A DNA stretch of 9,573 nucleotides from a virus (lineage: Duplodnaviria > Heunggongvirae > Uroviricota > Caudoviricetes), in IMG/VR virus record IMGVR_UViG_2617270962_000004, positions 1-9,573 of that record; one strand, written 5' to 3'. Each line of letters starts with the position of its first letter. The stretch's first letter is position 1. The position numbers and the translations under genes are program-made. The notes under the pieces are model-generated. The model was given only the letters and a program-made list of their open reading frames with translations, did not search any database and was not told the DNA's origin. Below, piece by piece: positions 1-7,416 of this stretch.

Positions 1-13
1 GTAATTTCATCAT
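1..13 (-). CDS. 5' end of the next early-operon gene (partial, continues beyond window start)
   Basis: On the minus strand GGGGG lies about 7 nt upstream of an ATG at 13..11 (reads ATG ATG AAA TTA ...), directly after the TGA stop (19..17) of the upstream ORF. Only 4 codons are visible. Confidence 0.25.
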
Positions 14-16
14 GCA

Positions 17-532
17 TCACCCCCTGACTCGCTTTTCAGCAGCATAAAACTCATCAGACAGTATTTCGGTCATTTTCTGTTTTGCGGGTTTTACGCCGCA
101 CTGAAGGTAAATCACATCGTCAACGCAGAACCACTTCACAGGGCCAAACAGGATTGCCGAGAAATCAATACCCAGCCAGAACAACAGCGCATCGGTTCTG
201 GCATACGTGACGGGCGAATATTCACGCCACAGACTGTTCAGTTCATCAGAGGCAACACGCAGGGTTTTAGGGATACGTGATGTGCGCGGTGTGCAGCTCC
301 AGCCATTCGACGCAGTCGGTTTTCGCCATAAGTCGCGATGAAAAGGATATTTGTCCTCCGTAAAACGCAGTCCCTTAAAGCAAAATCCACTGATACCGGA
401 TACAAATACCGACCGGCACGCAACATTCAGCACGGCCTCAAGGCGTTTTGCCTCATCCTTAACTTTCTGGCAGTCCTGCTGGTATTTTTGCCACGCAGCC
501 AGCGCGGAAGGGTTTGATGTTTTAAAGAACAT
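17..532 (-). CDS. hypothetical prophage early-region protein (171 aa)
   Basis: Intact ORF in the same orientation as the early operon. Its ATG (532..530) overlaps the TAA stop of the upstream gene by one base (TAATG), suggesting translational coupling. I recognise no family from the sequence. Confidence 0.6.
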   Translation of the reverse strand: MFFKTSNPSALAAWQKYQQDCQKVKDEAKRLEAVLNVACRSVFVSGISGFCFKGLRFTEDKYPFHRDLWRKPTASNGWSCTPRTSRIPKTLRVASDELNSLWREYSPVTYARTDALLFWLGIDFSAILFGPVKWFCVDDVIYLQCGVKPAKQKMTEILSDEFYAAEKRVRG

Positions 533-1065
533 TACGCCACCTCCGCAGATATCCCGGCAGGCGCTGCTGTCCGGTCAACAATCAGGTAGCGCAGAACATG
601 TTCAGTGATATTCCAGCCGCTTAAACCGCAGATAATGACGCCCAGGCGTATGTCGATATACGCCATCACAAACTGGGGCACGCCTTCTTTCATGGCCTGC
701 TCATCAACTTCAGCCACCACATAAACGGTTTCACAGGTCAGAACGCCCTGAGCAAATTCCCACGCCATCGACGGAATATCATGCCCCTCAATCCATGGCA
801 GGGATTTTCTGAAGCTGCACCACTGAACATCATCAGCCGCAGATTCCTGGCTGCATTTGCGACGAACCGGCTGCACCGGGCGGGGGCGCGGAATATCATA
901 AAAACCGTTACATTCCGTCAGCACGCCTGCATCAACCGCATCACGCAGAAAATAAACCATGGAGGATGGCGGCATATTCATTTTTTCAGCCAGTACACCG
1001 CAGGTCAGGCGGCCATAAATACGCAGCCAGTTTTTAACCCCTTCAAGCACTTTTGCATCAATCAT
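532..1065 (-). CDS. hypothetical prophage early-region protein (177 aa), N-terminal region possibly winged-helix-like
   Basis: ORF with ATG at 1065..1063 preceded by GGGG (rc of 1075-1078). Co-oriented with the early operon; the stop overlaps the next start. The fold suggestion is an impression only. Confidence 0.6.
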   Translation of the reverse strand: MIDAKVLEGVKNWLRIYGRLTCGVLAEKMNMPPSSMVYFLRDAVDAGVLTECNGFYDIPRPRPVQPVRRKCSQESAADDVQWCSFRKSLPWIEGHDIPSMAWEFAQGVLTCETVYVVAEVDEQAMKEGVPQFVMAYIDIRLGVIICGLSGWNITEHVLRYLIVDRTAAPAGISAEVA

Positions 1066-1210
1066 GATTTATTTCCCCACCACATTATTAATGACGATAT
1101 AAACGTATTTCATATTTCTTAACCCTTATTTTCTGTTTTCAGGCGCAAGCAGTCCCCTGACGCGAGCGCCATAATTAAAATGAAGTGATATTTAATTGAT
1201 TAATGCGGTG

Positions 1211-1741
1211 TTATTTATTCAGTCCGGCGTCCTGTTCAAAAGGCTCGACATAAAAACTTTCAGCGCCTTTATTCACCTTGATACCGGCAATGCCTTTCAC
1301 AGCATCCGGCTCCGCCAGGACGGCTTCCTTGTTCACTTCCTCTTTCGTGCGGATGAAACGCTCAAGCCCCATACGGCGCAGCATTTCAATCACACCTTCC
1401 ACATCACGGCTGACGCTGCATGATGGCGTTCCCAGCCGCCATGACACCGTTCCGGTGGTCAGATTGGCTGTTTTGGTTTTGCCGCCGTTCGTCAGCTCAT
1501 CACGGTTGGTTTTGCACCAGTCCTGAATCCCTTTAAAAAGCACTTTGATTTGCTTTTTAAGATTTTCAATCTGCGGCGTATAACGGGCGGTGATTTCTGC
1601 CACTTCGTCATTCATCGCCGTTTCCAGGCGTAGCGCCTCTCGCTGAATATCTCCCAGGGTGCGGATATCACGGCTGACTTCTTCCCGGGTCTGCGGTGCC
1701 GCCTCGGCTGCGGCCTTTAATTTTGTAACGCGTTTAGCCAT
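1211..1741 (-). CDS. gam: Gam-like host-nuclease inhibitor (Mu Gam / Ku-like DNA-end-binding protein)
   Basis: 176-aa translation contains ...NRDELTNGGKTKTANLTTGTVSWRLGTPSCSVS...LGLERFIRTKEEVNKEAVLAEPDAVKGIAGIKV...PFEQDAGL, which matches my recollection of phage Mu Gam (about 174 aa) along its whole length. RBS AAGGA is 8-9 nt upstream of the ATG at 1741. Confidence 0.85.
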   Translation of the reverse strand: MAKRVTKLKAAAEAAPQTREEVSRDIRTLGDIQREALRLETAMNDEVAEITARYTPQIENLKKQIKVLFKGIQDWCKTNRDELTNGGKTKTANLTTGTVSWRLGTPSCSVSRDVEGVIEMLRRMGLERFIRTKEEVNKEAVLAEPDAVKGIAGIKVNKGAESFYVEPFEQDAGLNK

Positions 1742-1752
1742 TTTGTTTTTCC

Positions 1753-2046
1753 TTATTGCAGTGTGCCTGATGCTTTATGCACGCGGTGGCGTTTAATGAT
1801 GGCATCCGCTCCAAAAGACTGTGCAGATGCCTGAAATTCCGCTGAGAGAAACTGAATAATTGCAGGACTGTGATACTGGAGAATACTTGCATAAACGTCA
1901 CAGAGTGACGTCGGCCTGTTATCCGTATCACGTTCTGTTTTCACATCCACTCCAATCTTTTCATGCACTTCAACACAGTCATTGCCTGCCAACTTTTCGT
2001 CATGCGAAACATGATTAAATTCAAAAATAACGCGTACTTTGCTCAT
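1753..2046 (-). CDS. small hypothetical protein (97 aa), member of a duplicated family in the early region
   Basis: The ORF track extends it to 2073, but the internal ATG at 2046..2044 has a good RBS (AGGGG 7 nt upstream) and gives an N-terminus MSKVRVIFEFNH that parallels MSKVVRIIFEYKEH of the adjacent gene. The 3' end lies 12 nt from the gam start. Confidence 0.5.
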   Translation of the reverse strand: MSKVRVIFEFNHVSHDEKLAGNDCVEVHEKIGVDVKTERDTDNRPTSLCDVYASILQYHSPAIIQFLSAEFQASAQSFGADAIIKRHRVHKASGTLQ

Positions 2047-2050
2047 GGAA

Positions 2051-2323
2051 TTACCCCTGTTGATTAAATTCATTACCGTTAATAACCCCGGAAGTCATGC
2101 CTCTGTCTTTCATGAATGCACTGGCTTTCATTGCCACAAACTCTGCGAAGTTTCTGCTTTCTGCCAGCATAACCACCCCAAAAATCATGGCGGGTCCATT
2201 ATCTTTCTTCTTTATTCCGGTTGAACGTATGTCCAGACTTACCCCCATGCGCACTGTTCCATCAGCGTTTTTATGGATAACGTGCTCCTTATATTCGAAA
2301 ATAATGCGTACGACTTTACTCAT
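2051..2323 (-). CDS. small hypothetical protein (90 aa), paralogue of the 1753..2046 product
   Basis: ATG at 2323..2321 overlaps the TGA stop of the upstream gene (ATGA). RBS GAGG/ACGAGGA lies upstream. The N-terminus MSKVVRIIFEYKEH is shared with the neighbouring gene at both protein and nucleotide level. Confidence 0.55.
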   Translation of the reverse strand: MSKVVRIIFEYKEHVIHKNADGTVRMGVSLDIRSTGIKKKDNGPAMIFGVVMLAESRNFAEFVAMKASAFMKDRGMTSGVINGNEFNQQG

Positions 2324-2601
2324 CCTCTGGTCCTCGTTCTGTTTGGATAACTGACCCGGCGTCTAACCTCACGGCAGAACCGAATCATGGCATTAAAGGC
2401 TTCTTCCTCCGTCACCGCTTCCGGTATCCCCGGAACCAGTAACTGCTCCTGTTCATCACGTCCATGACGCGCCATAACCTCAATCACATGCCGTACCGTG
2501 GCAGGCTTTCCGGCAACTATCGGCAATGCACCTTCCGGCAGGACGTAACCAAACTCAATAAGACCACTCGACCACGCCCATGCAATGAGATTTTTTTTCA
2601 C
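2320..2601 (-). CDS. hypothetical prophage early-region protein (93 aa)
   Basis: ORF with GTG start at 2601..2599 preceded by a strong RBS GGGAGGTG. Translationally coupled to the downstream gene through an ATGA overlap. No recognisable motif. Confidence 0.5.
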   Translation of the reverse strand: MKKNLIAWAWSSGLIEFGYVLPEGALPIVAGKPATVRHVIEVMARHGRDEQEQLLVPGIPEAVTEEEAFNAMIRFCREVRRRVSYPNRTRTRG

Positions 2602-2602
2602 C

Positions 2603-2857
2603 TCACACCTCCCAGTAAACCGTGCAGCCGCTGATGCGGGTGGCCTTCACACGGCGGCGCAGGCCGTTGGTCTGTATGGTGATTTCAATTTCACCGGTTC
2701 CCTGCACGTTGCCTACCGGCGGCGTGGTTTTCAGTGCAAAACGTTGCGGATAGCGCTTACTGCGTTCCAGTACCGCACCGGCAAGTTCGGTCAGACGGCG
2801 CGCGCTGTTCAGGGAGTCGAATAAATTCATTTTGTTACCGCAGGATTGCATATTCAT
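2603..2857 (-). CDS. hypothetical prophage early-region protein (84 aa)
   Basis: ATG at 2857..2855 with RBS GAGGTG 5-6 nt upstream. The stop lies 1 nt before the next gene's start codon. No recognisable motif. Confidence 0.5.
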   Translation of the reverse strand: MNMQSCGNKMNLFDSLNSARRLTELAGAVLERSKRYPQRFALKTTPPVGNVQGTGEIEITIQTNGLRRRVKATRISGCTVYWEV

Positions 2858-2869
2858 ATAACACCTCGT

Positions 2870-3091
2870 TTAGCTGATTCGTTTTGCACCGATAAAACGA
2901 CAAATATTGCTGTAAGCTTCTTTCGCACCTTCACGATCAAGTCCGGCAGATATCACCATTCTGGTGCGATCATTAAATTCAAAAAGTAAATCGCCACATT
3001 CTTTATTTTCGGACACGGAGACTGCTTTGACGTTATCGAAATTCACCAGGTGAAAGCGTCCGTAAATATCAGGAATATTAAATGCAATCAT
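2870..3091 (-). CDS. small protein directly downstream of B (73 aa from ATG 3091; 75 aa if GTG 3097), in the position of Mu kil; function unproven
   Basis: ORF overlapping the end of the MuB-like gene. The ATG at 3091..3089 has RBS AGGTG 7 nt upstream. It contains an internal LLFEFNDRT segment resembling the N-termini of the two MSKV proteins. The Kil assignment rests on gene order only. Confidence 0.45.
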   Translation of the reverse strand: MIAFNIPDIYGRFHLVNFDNVKAVSVSENKECGDLLFEFNDRTRMVISAGLDREGAKEAYSNICRFIGAKRIS

Positions 3092-3093
3092 AA

Positions 3094-4026
3094 TCACACC
3101 TGTGAGAGTAATTCAGGGTTGGTATAAACCTCTTTAAAGGCCGCATTAATATGTTTTTCTGTCAGCGCCGCGCCTTCACCACTGGCGGTGATCCATGCCT
3201 GGTTAAGCGTATGTGTCAGAACGCGTAACGCTCCCGGCTTTTCAGCGATAGCCTGCATGACGGCCAGCTCGGCCTCACCACTGATCCCCCACGCCATGGC
3301 AATGGCCAGCACATCCGCCTTTTTGGCCTTGCGAAGTTGTTTTGTACGGGCAAGACGGCTGAACAGGCGCGATAAATCATCAAAGGCGCGGCGTCCACCT
3401 TTAAACAATCCGCGCGGGTTACCAATAAGCACCATCCCGATCCCCGTGGCGTCCTGGATTGCCCGGAGTTGCTCCAGACCGTCAATACCAAGATGATCCG
3501 CCTCATCCACAATCACCAGTCCACGCGTTCCCATCAGGCGACGGCGGATGGCGCGGGATAATGCCCCTTTGTTCGCGCGGGTGTAATCAATCCCCAGCGC
3601 ATCGGCCAGCTCCAGCAGACACTCCGTGACGCTGGAGTGCGCGGGTGACAGGGTGATCATCCAGGTGTTTGGTTGCTCCTGGCAGTAATTACGGGCAGTG
3701 GCCGTTTTACCCACACCCGGTACGCCCACAATAACGTTAATACAGCCCATCAGGCGAACCGCCTGAAACAGTGCGCGCAGCTCCTGGACTGTCTGAGTTT
3801 CCACAAACTGCGGCGGTTCCGGCAGTGCGCTTTGTTTATTCCAGTTCTCATACCAGGAGCGCAGGGAAGCAGCCACAGCAGCGTTATCGCCTTTATATTT
3901 TCCCTTACGGAAAGCCGATAATGTGCCGTCGGAAATCCCCGCCTCTCTGGCGATGGCATACTGCGTCAGTACGCCGCCATCAATAAGTTCATCAATGGTC
4001 TTGATTACATCGTTAATATCGGTCAT
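3094..4026 (-). CDS. B: MuB-like ATP-dependent target DNA activator (AAA+ ATPase)
   Basis: Translation contains a Walker A motif (VGVPGVGKTATARNY) and a Walker B-like motif (LVIVDEADHL). It aligns along its length with my recollection of phage Mu B (for example LPEPPQFVETQTV, KPGALRVL). Size 310-313 aa versus 312 for MuB. I prefer the ATG at 4026 (RBS GAGGTG 8 nt upstream) over the GTG at 4035 used by the ORF track. Confidence 0.9.
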   Translation of the reverse strand: MTDINDVIKTIDELIDGGVLTQYAIAREAGISDGTLSAFRKGKYKGDNAAVAASLRSWYENWNKQSALPEPPQFVETQTVQELRALFQAVRLMGCINVIVGVPGVGKTATARNYCQEQPNTWMITLSPAHSSVTECLLELADALGIDYTRANKGALSRAIRRRLMGTRGLVIVDEADHLGIDGLEQLRAIQDATGIGMVLIGNPRGLFKGGRRAFDDLSRLFSRLARTKQLRKAKKADVLAIAMAWGISGEAELAVMQAIAEKPGALRVLTHTLNQAWITASGEGAALTEKHINAAFKEVYTNPELLSQV

Positions 4027-4108
4027 ATTATTCACCTCGCTTGAGACAGCATTCTCCGAGACTGAAACCTCAAATAACCTGAGTCACCCCTCGGGTTATT
4101 TTTTTATT

Positions 4109-6199
4109 TCAGGCCAGCGGATCACTTTCTTTTAATTTCGCTTCGAGCAGTTGCAATCCCCGCTGGAAATTACGCTCGTATTCTTCATCAGGTTCATCGT
4201 CAGCGACAGGTTGCTGAACGGTCACCGTATTACCCACAGGGCGGTAGATGTTTTCCAGCCAGGGCTCCTGCGGCTTGTGCTCCAGCACGTTGACAACCTC
4301 ATCCTCGGCATCACGGATTTTTTCCTCTGCGCGTTTACGCATACCTTTAAGGCGCTGCTGCTGTTTGTAGTATTCCGCGCTGACAGGGAAGGCTTCGCGT
4401 TTATTGCCGTCCCATACCGCCTCGCAAATCACGCTGCCATCCGGGCGGCGCACGGTAATTCGTTCGGCATCATGAATGTCATAGCTGATAAGTACCTTAC
4501 GGCCATGCTCGTCACGCAGCTCGGGCGCGTAGTAAATATTATTCAGCCAGCGTATTTCACAGCGTCTTACAGGGCGCTCCACCATCGGCCGGAACATATC
4601 CCGCAGTTCAACATCGGACAGCCATTCAATTTCCGTGTCCTCTTCCGCCAGGCGTTTTTTTCTGAACTCCGCCGGGCTGTAATGTTTACCGTTCGGCTTC
4701 ATGGGTAATTCATCGTGCGGCCGGTTGTTGTACCACTCAACACCGTCACGAATGGCATCAATCAGTTCAGACCAGGACGGTAAATCACGCATCGCTGACT
4801 GCTGCCGGGCGTTCAGCCGTTTGCCCTGTTGCAGGGCACTGAATGCCGAGCGTAAATCGCGGTTGGTTTTACGTAACGTCTCGCGATCTGCTCCTTTCCC
4901 GAAATAGGTGCGGTATTTACGGGCTATGCGCATCGGTAATGTGCGGTTAAGCCGTTCGATAATGCCCCGTCCCTGCGGATTACCGGCAATCCCTGTCGGG
5001 TGATTAATCCCCAGTCGTGGCAGTATCCCCACAATCTCCTTATCCAGGACGTCGGCGGTTTCCCCGGAGCCATTATCCGAGTAATACAGAAACGGTTTGC
5101 CATGATGGCGAATACCGTGCTGTATGGCACCGGCTACGGCGAAAACATTTTCAGCCAGGTCAAGGCTCCAGCCCACCACAAAGCGCGTGCCACCGTCGAT
5201 AACAAAGGTCACTTCCGGTGCGAATGGCCGCCCGTGAACCGGGTGCGCGCATTTCAGCTTCATGCCGTGACCGTCACCAATCCAGACATAATTCACCGGC
5301 ATTTTTGACCAGTCGCGGCGCGTGAATCCCTCAAGCTGGCGGTATTCACTGCCAGTTACCCGGCCTTTTTGTTTCACCACTTCCGGCAGTTTCTTCATTG
5401 CGCGGCGAATGGTGTCATAAGAGGGCATGATATCGAGCATATAAGGCTCATCAGCGTGCCGGTGCTGCCATTCAGCAACAAAATCCTCGTAAGCCTCGGT
5501 CATTGGTCGGCCGTTTGACTGGCGATACTGCGCCAGAAATTCGGGCAGCCAGTTAATATCTTCGGCTTTTATTTCCTGGCGTTTACCCGGTGCCAGTAAA
5601 AGCAGGCGTTCAGCGGCGTTCTGTGCCTTGTTAAAGGCCGCAATCCAGCGTTTCAGCGTGATTTCACTCAACGCACGGCTGTTTCCCTTTTTGGCGTTCG
5701 CCGTCTCAACCATTGCCACAATGCGCTCGTCCAGTTGCGAACGTGCCAGGTTGTCAACGATAAACCGGATAGCCTTCGCACAGCTGAAACCAGGTTGTTG
5801 CGCGACTTTCAGAACTTCGCTGACGATCGCGATTCGTGCATCAGCCACCTGGCGCTGGTTTTCAGTCAGGGCATTGAGGCGTTCGAGCATCAGTTGTGGT
5901 GATCCGCGATATGCCTCCACCGCATCAACCACGGCAGATGAGCGTCTGGCCTTTGTCACCACCGGAGCCGGTGATTCATCAGCTTTTTGCGTCATCAGTT
6001 GAAGGGCATAACGTTCACGCAATACTTGTTGCGCGCCAGAAGGCAAACAATCGATATTAAATTCGATTGCTTTTGTCCCCTTACGTTTGCGTAACATGGC
6101 TGCATTTCCCGCAGCTGCTTTTGTGAGTCGATGGCGAATGTTATGTTCCATCATTGGTAAATCAGGAAGACCAACACATTCTTTTGCTGTTACCCACAT
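4109..6199 (-). CDS. A: MuA-like DDE transposase (transposable-phage transposase A)
   Basis: 696-aa ORF. The N-terminus MWVTAKECVGLPDLP...GTKAIEFNIDCLP resembles the MuA N-terminal DNA-binding domain (Mu: MELWVSPKECANLPGLP...GKAIEY). Size (Mu A is 663 aa) and position between ner-like and B-like genes fit. RBS GGGGGA lies 4-5 nt upstream of the ATG. Confidence 0.92.
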   Translation of the reverse strand: MWVTAKECVGLPDLPMMEHNIRHRLTKAAAGNAAMLRKRKGTKAIEFNIDCLPSGAQQVLRERYALQLMTQKADESPAPVVTKARRSSAVVDAVEAYRGSPQLMLERLNALTENQRQVADARIAIVSEVLKVAQQPGFSCAKAIRFIVDNLARSQLDERIVAMVETANAKKGNSRALSEITLKRWIAAFNKAQNAAERLLLLAPGKRQEIKAEDINWLPEFLAQYRQSNGRPMTEAYEDFVAEWQHRHADEPYMLDIMPSYDTIRRAMKKLPEVVKQKGRVTGSEYRQLEGFTRRDWSKMPVNYVWIGDGHGMKLKCAHPVHGRPFAPEVTFVIDGGTRFVVGWSLDLAENVFAVAGAIQHGIRHHGKPFLYYSDNGSGETADVLDKEIVGILPRLGINHPTGIAGNPQGRGIIERLNRTLPMRIARKYRTYFGKGADRETLRKTNRDLRSAFSALQQGKRLNARQQSAMRDLPSWSELIDAIRDGVEWYNNRPHDELPMKPNGKHYSPAEFRKKRLAEEDTEIEWLSDVELRDMFRPMVERPVRRCEIRWLNNIYYAPELRDEHGRKVLISYDIHDAERITVRRPDGSVICEAVWDGNKREAFPVSAEYYKQQQRLKGMRKRAEEKIRDAEDEVVNVLEHKPQEPWLENIYRPVGNTVTVQQPVADDEPDEEYERNFQRGLQLLEAKLKESDPLA

Positions 6200-6209
6200 A
6201 CATCCCCCA

Positions 6210-6476
6210 TCAAGCCACTTCTCTGGCGTCCACCTGGTATCTGCTGGGCCAGATTACAGCAGGTTCAACCCCTATTTTTTCGGCGATGGCGGCTTCGTAT
6301 TTACGGCACTGGCGGTAAAACACATTGCGCATTGATCCGCTTTTTAATCCTAACTCCCTTTCCAGTTCAGGGAGGTCTGTGCCTTTGTTTTCAAGGGCTG
6401 CATATACCGCTTTAGCAGACCAGTCACACCCCTCTCGAACAAACAAATTATTCGATGCTTGTCTGGATACCCTCAT
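6210..6476 (-). CDS. ner: Ner-like DNA-binding regulator (Ner/Nlp family)
   Basis: The C-terminal motif PAVIWPSRYQ matches the conserved end of Mu Ner and E. coli Nlp (PEVIWPSRY). It is the first gene of the early operon, directly upstream of the transposase. Confidence 0.8.
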   Translation of the reverse strand: MRVSRQASNNLFVREGCDWSAKAVYAALENKGTDLPELERELGLKSGSMRNVFYRQCRKYEAAIAEKIGVEPAVIWPSRYQVDAREVA

Positions 6477-6632
6477 TGTGTGATCCTCTCATGTTTACCT
6501 GAACCGATAATCAAAACCGGTTATCGATTTAGGTAAATCATAATCGCAAAATAATTCGATATCAACGGTTTTTTGCGAGCATATCGAAATTAAATGCGAT
6601 GTCGATAATTTCTTTGTTTTATAGGGGGTTAT
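6477..6632. promoter_or_regulatory. divergent promoter/operator region between the ner-like gene and the repressor gene
   Basis: 156-bp AT-rich intergenic region between divergently transcribed genes. It holds at least five copies of the hexamer TCGATA / TATCGA in alternating orientation (about 6505, 6522, 6556, 6582, 6602) and the palindrome AACCGGTT (6515-6522). Exact -35/-10 elements could not be assigned confidently by eye. Confidence 0.6.
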
Positions 6633-7244
6633 ATGGATAAGGCAGAAAAAACCGTATCCAGTGCGGAACGGTTTATTGATATGGAAGGAATAAACCGATT
6701 TTCAGAACGCTTAGCTATGGCTATGGGAAACATGACAAACGTCGAACTGGCGACCCTTTGTGGACTATCTGAAGCCACAGTAAGAAATTACAGGAAGGGG
6801 AAAAACTTCCCTCCTTTGGATAAACTGGCCTTAATAGCTAAAGCCTGTAATTGTTCACTCGACTGGTTGGCCACAGGCAAGAACGAAGATGAATGCGGAA
6901 AAATCGGAAAAAATTGCGATTCAGGTTCGGGTATTGATCAGGCGCTTAGCTCTCTAAGCCCCCAAGAGAAGCAATTAATCCTTACATTCATCAGGCGAGA
7001 AGGTACTAACAACCTTGTCAGGCTGGCAGCAATGAATACATCTACAATCAGCCAGGATGCGGTAGAAAGCATCATTGATGCCTTGCCATTACGTCCCGTA
7101 CTAAAAAATGCAATAAAGATAGGAATGGCGGGAAGTGAAGAAACAGACAAAGAGATTTTGCGCGTTATTGAGAAGTACAACTCGAGCAATAACGCCACCC
7201 AGGAATCAGGGGCAGTGACAGTAAAGAAAAATGTTGTTGGTTAA
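6633..7244 (+). CDS. prophage repressor, HTH XRE (Cro/C1)-type, 203 aa, functional analogue of Mu c
   Basis: Strong RBS AGGGGG 5 nt upstream of the ATG. Residues about 36-80 (NVELATLCGLSEATVRNYRKGKNFPPLDKLALIAKACNCSLDWLATG) form a typical XRE-family helix-turn-helix. It is transcribed divergently from ner/A/B towards the prophage end, as c is in Mu. I see no LexA-like S24 peptidase motif. Confidence 0.75.
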   Translation: MDKAEKTVSSAERFIDMEGINRFSERLAMAMGNMTNVELATLCGLSEATVRNYRKGKNFPPLDKLALIAKACNCSLDWLATGKNEDECGKIGKNCDSGSGIDQALSSLSPQEKQLILTFIRREGTNNLVRLAAMNTSTISQDAVESIIDALPLRPVLKNAIKIGMAGSEETDKEILRVIEKYNSSNNATQESGAVTVKKNVVG

Positions 7245-7416
7245 GCGCCATCGCTATCATGAGGTGGTGCTGTAAATACATATAGAGATCATATGACTCA
7301 TCCCAAGATAATCACGCTATTGAATAGTAATTCATGATGATTATCATACTGATTATAGTTAGATCGATTATGTGAGCATTTTGGCAGTTTGAAGATGTTT
7401 TGAAGAAGATTTTAAG

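Noticed and set aside
1734-1931. 65-aa minus-strand ORF overlapping the gam start and the 1753-2046 gene
   Set aside because: It overlaps two better-supported genes in another frame and has no RBS, so it is probably spurious.
1753-2073. Longer 106-aa version of the ORF starting at 2073 (MNLINRGNSMSKV...)
   Set aside because: That start overlaps the upstream gene by 23 nt and lacks an RBS. The internal ATG at 2046 has an AGGGG RBS and restores the MSKV N-terminus shared with the paralogue, so I annotated 1753-2046.
3216-3512. 98-aa and 69-aa minus-strand ORFs (3216-3512, 3750-3959) within the B gene region in other frames, and 4924-5130 within the transposase
   Set aside because: Out-of-frame overlaps with the well-supported B and A reading frames.
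4036-4108. Possible terminator or attenuator in the 73-bp gap between A and B (CCC-TC-GGG followed by a T-run on the + strand)
   Set aside because: The stem is only 3 bp, and the T-run is on the wrong strand for the minus-strand early transcript. It is more likely just the B ribosome-binding region.
4151-4708. 185-aa ORF on the + strand, plus other + strand ORFs between 351 and 6335 (351-608, 781-1122, 1196-1423, 1278-1526, 2039-2224, 2097-2354, 2585-2824, 3188-3496, 3673-3921, 3771-3986, 3923-4135, 4701-4907, 5000-5308, 5017-5202, 5628-6002, 6087-6335)
   Set aside because: All lie antisense to well-supported minus-strand genes (transposase, B, gam and the small-gene cluster), lack convincing RBSs, and have low-complexity Arg/Ser/Cys-rich translations typical of shadow ORFs.
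4109-6199. Possibility that the transposase belongs to a simple insertion sequence
   Set aside because: It is flanked by ner-like, B-like ATPase and gam genes in Mu order, and by a repressor and a phage-type end. No IS-like inverted repeats closely flank the gene.
6938-7198. 86-aa minus-strand ORF inside the repressor gene
   Set aside because: Antisense to the repressor CDS, which has a strong RBS and a clear HTH domain.
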